A DNA stretch of 64,000 nucleotides from a virus (taxonomy: Duplodnaviria; Caudoviricetes). A model generated the notes under the pieces. The model saw only the letters and a list, made by a program, of their open reading frames with translations, did not search any database and was not told the origin of the DNA. Shown in pieces: positions 57,185 to 64,000 of the stretch. The stretch lies in IMG/VR virus record IMGVR_UViG_3300031994_000009; one strand, written 5' to 3'. A program made the position numbers and the translations under genes. Within the stretch, counting starts at the first letter, position 1, and the number at the start of each line of letters is the position of its first letter.

Positions 57185-57934
57185 ATGCCTAATCAAGTAC
57201 ATTTTAAAGTAGGATTAAGAGTAAACTATGAAGATCTGGAAGGTAGCGAACCAGATCAAAATACTTTATATTTTGTAAACTCAAATGGGCAATTTGACCC
57301 ACATGGGATGGGAGACGATGGTGATTTGTATCTAGGAGGATATTTGATTGGTGTCAGTAGAGCAGAAAAAACGCAAATAGACTCAAGTATATCACAAATT
57401 GAACAAATATTATCTCAATTACAAACAGTAGATTCAAGTTCATGGTATATAGGAGATGATTCAAGTGCAATGAATGGATGGCAAAAAACTACGCGGCCAT
57501 TATCAAAAGACTATTGCTATGATGTTTCCCTTGGCGATTTCATATACTCTGACAAACTTGAGATAAGCGTTTCCCTAACATTAGAGAATTGGTCAAATAT
57601 TGGATATCTCGCTCAAATATATGCAGAGATTGGTTTTTATGAACACGCAGAAGGAGATGATCGTCTATCTTGGAGAATTGCTTATTTAACTGGAAATCCC
57701 TTTTCAACACAAACAGTAATGAGTTATGTTGCATCAAAAGACACACAATATTGGTCAAATAACGTTCATTTTTCTGGAATAATATATGGTCCTTTCTATA
57801 CATCTGAAAACAATTATATGCTTAGACTACACATAATAGTTCCAAACGAAAGATACATAGTTGCAAGATCAACAACAGCAGATTCAATAAACGCTAGTCA
57901 ATTAATAATAAGAGGATACCGTTCATTGATATGA
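57185..57934 (+). CDS. tail fibre/tip-like protein
   Basis: Start moved to ATG 57185; N-terminal VHFKVG...NTLYFV resembles the 56280 protein. Confidence 0.6.
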   Translation: MPNQVHFKVGLRVNYEDLEGSEPDQNTLYFVNSNGQFDPHGMGDDGDLYLGGYLIGVSRAEKTQIDSSISQIEQILSQLQTVDSSSWYIGDDSSAMNGWQKTTRPLSKDYCYDVSLGDFIYSDKLEISVSLTLENWSNIGYLAQIYAEIGFYEHAEGDDRLSWRIAYLTGNPFSTQTVMSYVASKDTQYWSNNVHFSGIIYGPFYTSENNYMLRLHIIVPNERYIVARSTTADSINASQLIIRGYRSLI

Positions 57935-57938
57935 AAAA

Positions 57939-57972
57939 CAAAAACCGAGATCAACTTTGACCTCGGTTTTTT
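57939..57972. terminator. bidirectional terminator between convergent operons
   Basis: AAAAACCGAGATCAA...TTGACCTCGGTTTTT. Confidence 0.8.
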
Positions 57973-57983
57973 GCTTTTATAGT

Positions 57984-58646
57984 TTAACCAATTGATGCGT
58001 CTAATGATGGAATATCAATAGGATCTTTTTCTGCCCCATTCATGATATAAGCATAATATCCTTGAGACATCATAGCCCATCTATCTTTCAAATCTTCAAT
58101 TTTCTGCGTTTCCGCTTTATATTCATCGACAAGTTCATGCAACCTTTCATATACAGGAAGATATTCATCCCAGATTTCTGCCATATGTTTTGCGGATTCA
58201 TACCCGAATCCAGCATAATTCTCAAAAAGAATAAAAGCATATTGAACTGGAGAATACTCAAGCGAAAGTTCTTTTGGATTATTTTCATCAAAATTCTTAA
58301 TAAACTCGTTCAATAAATCTGAGAAATTCAGTACACCCACGAACATTCTCTGTGTCCAGAAAGAATTGTCGTTGAATTCTTTCATGAATTTTGCGACTCT
58401 CAATGCATTGTCCTTATCTGCAATCACATAATCCTTTCTTTCTTTCAAAGCATTTGCTGCAGCTTCAAAATCAGCCTTTGCCTGATTGATGTCGTCTTCT
58501 GTAGGGGTCTTATCTGGATCGATCCAGAACTTGCCCATGTTGTTCACGTTAAACTCGGAAATAACTTTACGGCGTTCAGCCTCTTTCTGTGCAGCAATTT
58601 GCACATCATCAAGTTCATTTTTTTCTTTTGCGGTTTTCTTTGCCAT
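57984..58646 (-). CDS. hypothetical helical protein
   Basis: 220-aa ORF. Confidence 0.75.
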   Translation of the reverse strand: MAKKTAKEKNELDDVQIAAQKEAERRKVISEFNVNNMGKFWIDPDKTPTEDDINQAKADFEAAANALKERKDYVIADKDNALRVAKFMKEFNDNSFWTQRMFVGVLNFSDLLNEFIKNFDENNPKELSLEYSPVQYAFILFENYAGFGYESAKHMAEIWDEYLPVYERLHELVDEYKAETQKIEDLKDRWAMMSQGYYAYIMNGAEKDPIDIPSLDASIG

Positions 58647-58652
58647 TTCTAT

Positions 58653-58913
58653 CTATGGTTTCTTTTCTATTTTTCTCCATTTAGGATAATCACATTCACA
58701 TGAAAAATAATAATCTATCTTTGGATCATAGCCTTCTGGAATTCCCTTCACATCAGTAACTATTTTTCCAGTGTATACAAGAGTTCCGTATCCTGTCAAC
58801 TTATGATAAGGAAACTTGTCATACTTTATATATACATTTCTATATTTTTTTACAAATAATGACACAGTGCCCAAACTCCTATTCCTATAGTCCCCAACAT
58901 CCCCAACATCCAT
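58653..58913 (-). CDS. hypothetical protein (start uncertain)
   Basis: Fills the gap in the operon. Confidence 0.45.
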   Translation of the reverse strand: MDVGDVGDYRNRSLGTVSLFVKKYRNVYIKYDKFPYHKLTGYGTLVYTGKIVTDVKGIPEGYDPKIDYYFSCECDYPKWRKIEKKP

Positions 58914-59302
58914 AACAATGCTTTTGTAAGCGTCATTCTGTATCCAGTATATATGAATAAAATCCCATATGATAATGTTGGGTTCCCTTCCTCATCGACA
59001 AAATTATTCACTTGCGGAACAAGATACTCACTCCACCCTAGATCCTGTCCGAGATATTGTACGGCTGGTTTCAGCTTAATCATCACCATTCGGTCAAAAT
59101 CATATCCAGCGTTCATTAAATCCGCATCAGTACAGTTGATTTGCATATATAGTATGTTTCCAAGCCAGTTCTTTTTTATCCCTAGATTGTTCATACCAGA
59201 TTTCGGTTCAGCAAGCTCCCTCTTAATGTCTTTTCTGAACCTGAAGAAATTCTTTATGTCAAAGAATGATTGCACTATTTTTTTATCACTAAAATCAGTC
59301 AT
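58850..59302 (-). CDS. hypothetical protein with C-terminal TM
   Basis: C-terminal hydrophobic helix. Confidence 0.7.
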   Translation of the reverse strand: MTDFSDKKIVQSFFDIKNFFRFRKDIKRELAEPKSGMNNLGIKKNWLGNILYMQINCTDADLMNAGYDFDRMVMIKLKPAVQYLGQDLGWSEYLVPQVNNFVDEEGNPTLSYGILFIYTGYRMTLTKALLWMLGMLGTIGIGVWALCHYL

Positions 59303-59309
59303 TTAATAA

Positions 59310-60071
59310 TCAGTCATTAAATATTTCACAGTATATATCATATAAATCAGGATATCTGAGTTTCACCTCATCAGACAAGCACCTCTTTCCTTTAAGGAGC
59401 CAATTTTGGACGGAAAAAAGAGTCATATTGTTATCCTCTGCGATTTGTCTGGCGTTCTTTTTGTTTACATACCTTTCCTTCATTACTATCCTGAGATGAT
59501 CGGGGAGATACTCGATACATTCCACAGATGCATCATATATTTCAGATTTTATCTCACTTTTTGTTATCGAAACAATACATTTTCCATCAAAATACATATT
59601 ATCTGACATAAACTCATAAGGATCAGAATTAGAAATGTTTGTGCTTTCTTCTTCGTCAGGAACATCGCGATACATATCAGATAAATCCACTGGAACAATA
59701 TTCAACTTATTGTTGACACCCTTGTTCTTTAAATACTGGATTGTTGTATTGTACGCGATTGTATATAGCCATGTAGAAAATTTAGCGGTATCTGGATTAT
59801 ATGTATTTATATTGAACCATACCCTTTCCAACGTGACGCTAATCACACTATCAGTGTCATATCCATTACCAGTCATGCTTCCTATAAACGATTTTAAGCC
59901 CCAATCACATCGTTTCACAAGAGCATTGAAACTCTTTTCGGTGTGATCGATCATGAACCTTTCCGCAAGCTTTTGAATATCCTTAGCATCCTTCTTGTTT
60001 TGCCTTTTCTCTATAGAATCACAACATTCCGTTTGAAAAGGAACATCAAAGATATCAATTTTATCAGGCAT
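59310..60071 (-). CDS. phage RNA polymerase sigma factor (sigma70/ECF-like)
   Basis: Region 2 Y.P..AKFSTWLYTIAYN; region 4 LP...R.V...Y......QIAE.....SV. Confidence 0.85.
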   Translation of the reverse strand: MPDKIDIFDVPFQTECCDSIEKRQNKKDAKDIQKLAERFMIDHTEKSFNALVKRCDWGLKSFIGSMTGNGYDTDSVISVTLERVWFNINTYNPDTAKFSTWLYTIAYNTTIQYLKNKGVNNKLNIVPVDLSDMYRDVPDEEESTNISNSDPYEFMSDNMYFDGKCIVSITKSEIKSEIYDASVECIEYLPDHLRIVMKERYVNKKNARQIAEDNNMTLFSVQNWLLKGKRCLSDEVKLRYPDLYDIYCEIFND

Positions 60072-60435
60072 TATTTATTTCATCGGTTTTCTTCGTTTTA
60101 TCGACAACATTTTCTTCTTGTTTAGAAATCGGAATCGGTTCGAAATATTTCAAAAAGTTATCCTTTTTCTCAATAACAGACATTAACTTCGAAACAATCT
60201 TATATGGCAAACCAGACAAATCTTTTATAAACTCATCAAGCTTAGCAACTGGCATGATCCTTCCACACTCTTCGATCCTGTCAATGAATTGTTTTGTATC
60301 TGCATACGCCATATCTCCAAGAATTGTCTTCAAATCCCTGACAAACATATCGGTTATTCTATATGTTTGGTAATATTGAACAACCTGCGGTTCTGGCATA
60401 TCATTTGAATTAGATAATTCTTTCTCAGTATTCAT
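60064..60435 (-). CDS. hypothetical protein
   Basis: ORF in operon. Confidence 0.7.
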   Translation of the reverse strand: MNTEKELSNSNDMPEPQVVQYYQTYRITDMFVRDLKTILGDMAYADTKQFIDRIEECGRIMPVAKLDEFIKDLSGLPYKIVSKLMSVIEKKDNFLKYFEPIPISKQEENVVDKTKKTDEINNA

Positions 60436-60454
60436 TTTTATAATATTTTGATTT

Positions 60455-62278
60455 TCAATTTTTTACTATAGATAAAGCTGGAATTATTTGTAATCGTTTC
60501 ATAAAATCTTGATTAAACATATTTGGTGCAGTGTGCATCAATATGGTATAGCATCCATCGAATATGAATGTTACACACCAATCATGATCATTCCTTACAC
60601 CTCGTCCAACTCCTTGCAATATAGATATTGCAGTAGTATTGCTATACCATATGGGTCTTAGCTTTTGTTTTGCTGCAACAAACTTATCTCCAAGACTTGG
60701 ATAAGGAACTTTCATTATAATCTGGAACCTGCAAAGATCATCATCAAAAGAAAGACCCTCGATCAAACTAGGTCCGACAAGAATCTTATCATTACAGTAT
60801 TTAAAATATTGAATAGCTTCACCTTTCTCTTTGGTGTCGTCATATAATATCAAACGTTTCCTTGTACTTGCGGAAACATTTTCAAGAAGAGACTTTGCGA
60901 AAGCATAACTCCCAGTCTGTATTATACCCCTCTTCCCAGAATACATAGACACAGTTGCGTCGATCAACTCACATACCTTTGGAAGATTATAAGCCTTCAT
61001 ATTATACGACAACTTATAATCTGGAACATAATATATAGGAGAATTTGTGAAATCAAAAGTTGAAGGTATGTCGATGTAATCAAATCCATCAAATCCCATA
61101 TCAACCGAAAATTGATAAGGATCCCCAATCGTAGCCGACATATACATCTTTCTTTTTGAATGTACATGAAACTTCTCACCCATCAGATAAGATTCATCAA
61201 TACAATTGAATACGATATTCTCCATATTCTTGTCATCCCAATTTTTGACAATGTTGATGGATCCTATCTTTGTGATTATGTCAACATATTCAGAAAAAGA
61301 AGATATATGGTTAGATATAAAATCGCAATCTCTGGCAAGGCCCTTGTCCTCTTTGGAGAGTATTTCCTTGTTGTCGTTCTTGCTAGAAATCTCCCTCATA
61401 ATAGTATCTATCCCATCAGAAACAACTTTCATTGTTTTGACATATTCCTCTAGCAAATCCAATATTTCAATATTATCTTCCGTTTTCGCAATCTGATACC
61501 TGATGTTTTGGATTTTGTTTGTGATTTCTGGATCATCACATCCAGCCACGACAATTCTCCCTATCTTGGCAAGATCATCTTTATTGAAAGAAGGGGAAAA
61601 ATGTTTCTGGACTATTTCAACTATCTTATGGGCTTCATCACAAATAACAAAATCCCTACTTGTAAACGGAGCCATTCCATGCAACATCTTTTTGACAATA
61701 TTCTGCTGTATCAACCAAAAAGAATATGTACAAACAAGAACATCGGACTCCATCGCCTTCTCCCTATCCAATATATACTGGCAGGTCTGTGAACACTCTG
61801 GAAACTTTTGCTTGATGTCTCCATAAGACTTACACCCCTTCAACTTGCATTGACCAGACGAAAAACTCAATCCATTTATGCTACATGTATATGCTTGTTG
61901 GCCTTTGATGACAGCCCAATTCGGAAAATATTTCTCAATATCTCTTGCATACTGATCGATTAAGTTTAGATCTGATGCAAGAATATACCCTTTCATGTCG
62001 TAATACTTGGAAAGCACCATGGCTATTGTCATAGCCGTGATGCTCTTTCCAGAACCAGTAGGTGCTGATATAATGACATTTTCTCTTCCGTTGAGCCAAT
62101 CGTCGATCGTCCTTGCTACAGCTTCCTTTTGGTTTGGCCTGAATTGGAATAATGGTCCAAAACACTTTTTGGAAACAGCATCAATCTGATCCATGATTTT
62201 CTCAAATCCTGGAGAAACCGTTTTCTTTTCTTCGGGTTCTTCAATAGAAGATGTTATATTTTCATCAAACTCTGCCAT
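60455..62278 (-). CDS. DinG/Rad3-like SF2 helicase
   Basis: RPNQ, APTGSGKS, Cys cluster, DEAH, SAT, EG..F, KVPYP and QGVGR..R. Confidence 0.9.
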   Translation of the reverse strand: MAEFDENITSSIEEPEEKKTVSPGFEKIMDQIDAVSKKCFGPLFQFRPNQKEAVARTIDDWLNGRENVIISAPTGSGKSITAMTIAMVLSKYYDMKGYILASDLNLIDQYARDIEKYFPNWAVIKGQQAYTCSINGLSFSSGQCKLKGCKSYGDIKQKFPECSQTCQYILDREKAMESDVLVCTYSFWLIQQNIVKKMLHGMAPFTSRDFVICDEAHKIVEIVQKHFSPSFNKDDLAKIGRIVVAGCDDPEITNKIQNIRYQIAKTEDNIEILDLLEEYVKTMKVVSDGIDTIMREISSKNDNKEILSKEDKGLARDCDFISNHISSFSEYVDIITKIGSINIVKNWDDKNMENIVFNCIDESYLMGEKFHVHSKRKMYMSATIGDPYQFSVDMGFDGFDYIDIPSTFDFTNSPIYYVPDYKLSYNMKAYNLPKVCELIDATVSMYSGKRGIIQTGSYAFAKSLLENVSASTRKRLILYDDTKEKGEAIQYFKYCNDKILVGPSLIEGLSFDDDLCRFQIIMKVPYPSLGDKFVAAKQKLRPIWYSNTTAISILQGVGRGVRNDHDWCVTFIFDGCYTILMHTAPNMFNQDFMKRLQIIPALSIVKN

Positions 62279-62281
62279 GGT

Positions 62282-62294
62282 GCAAATATACGGA
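62282..62294 (-). promoter_or_regulatory. Class I promoter immediately next to the helicase ATG
   Basis: TCCGTATATTTGCACCATG. Confidence 0.85.
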
Positions 62295-62314
62295 TTAAAA
62301 ACGAAAACAGGAAA

Positions 62315-64000
<1,686 letters not shown>

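Noticed and set aside
639-62294. The GCAAATATACGGA motif as a CRISPR or mobile-element repeat
   Set aside because: Dispersed single copies, always oriented upstream of starts, and matching the promoter consensus.

Overview
This window is a 64-kb slice of a large lytic myovirus (jumbo-phage-like, T4-style gene content) that most likely infects a Bacteroidetes host such as Prevotella or Bacteroides. The host call rests on 11 copies of a TAnnTTTG-type promoter, a DUF4494 gene and A-rich leaders without obvious Shine-Dalgarno sites. The standard genetic code reads through all long genes, and most genes are on the minus strand. Replication and nucleotide genes: NAD-dependent ligase, DinG-like helicase, primase, a C-terminal family-B polymerase fragment with a mini-intein, a probable clamp, dut, thyA, dfr and dam. 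RNA-repair-like cluster: DRB0094-type RNA ligase, HD-kinase and DUF2828. Also present are a phage sigma factor, a ribosomal-protein-S1-like gene, a contractile tail module (sheath, tube, tape measure, baseplate, fibres) and an IS607 tnpA/tnpB element. The most notable unexplained signals are: (i) a divergent pair of unannotated structured RNAs at about 11.6-12.1 kb, driven by two different promoter classes; (ii) three distinct promoter motif classes; (iii) strong D-S-S/D-x-S enrichment in virion proteins; (iv) a tail-fibre esterase module apparently captured together with an integrase stub; (v) GATC enrichment in core genes next to a phage Dam; (vi) a radical-SAM enzyme fused to an NSSS-motif domain. 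All calls come from reading motifs by eye; no database searches were run and all counts are manual.
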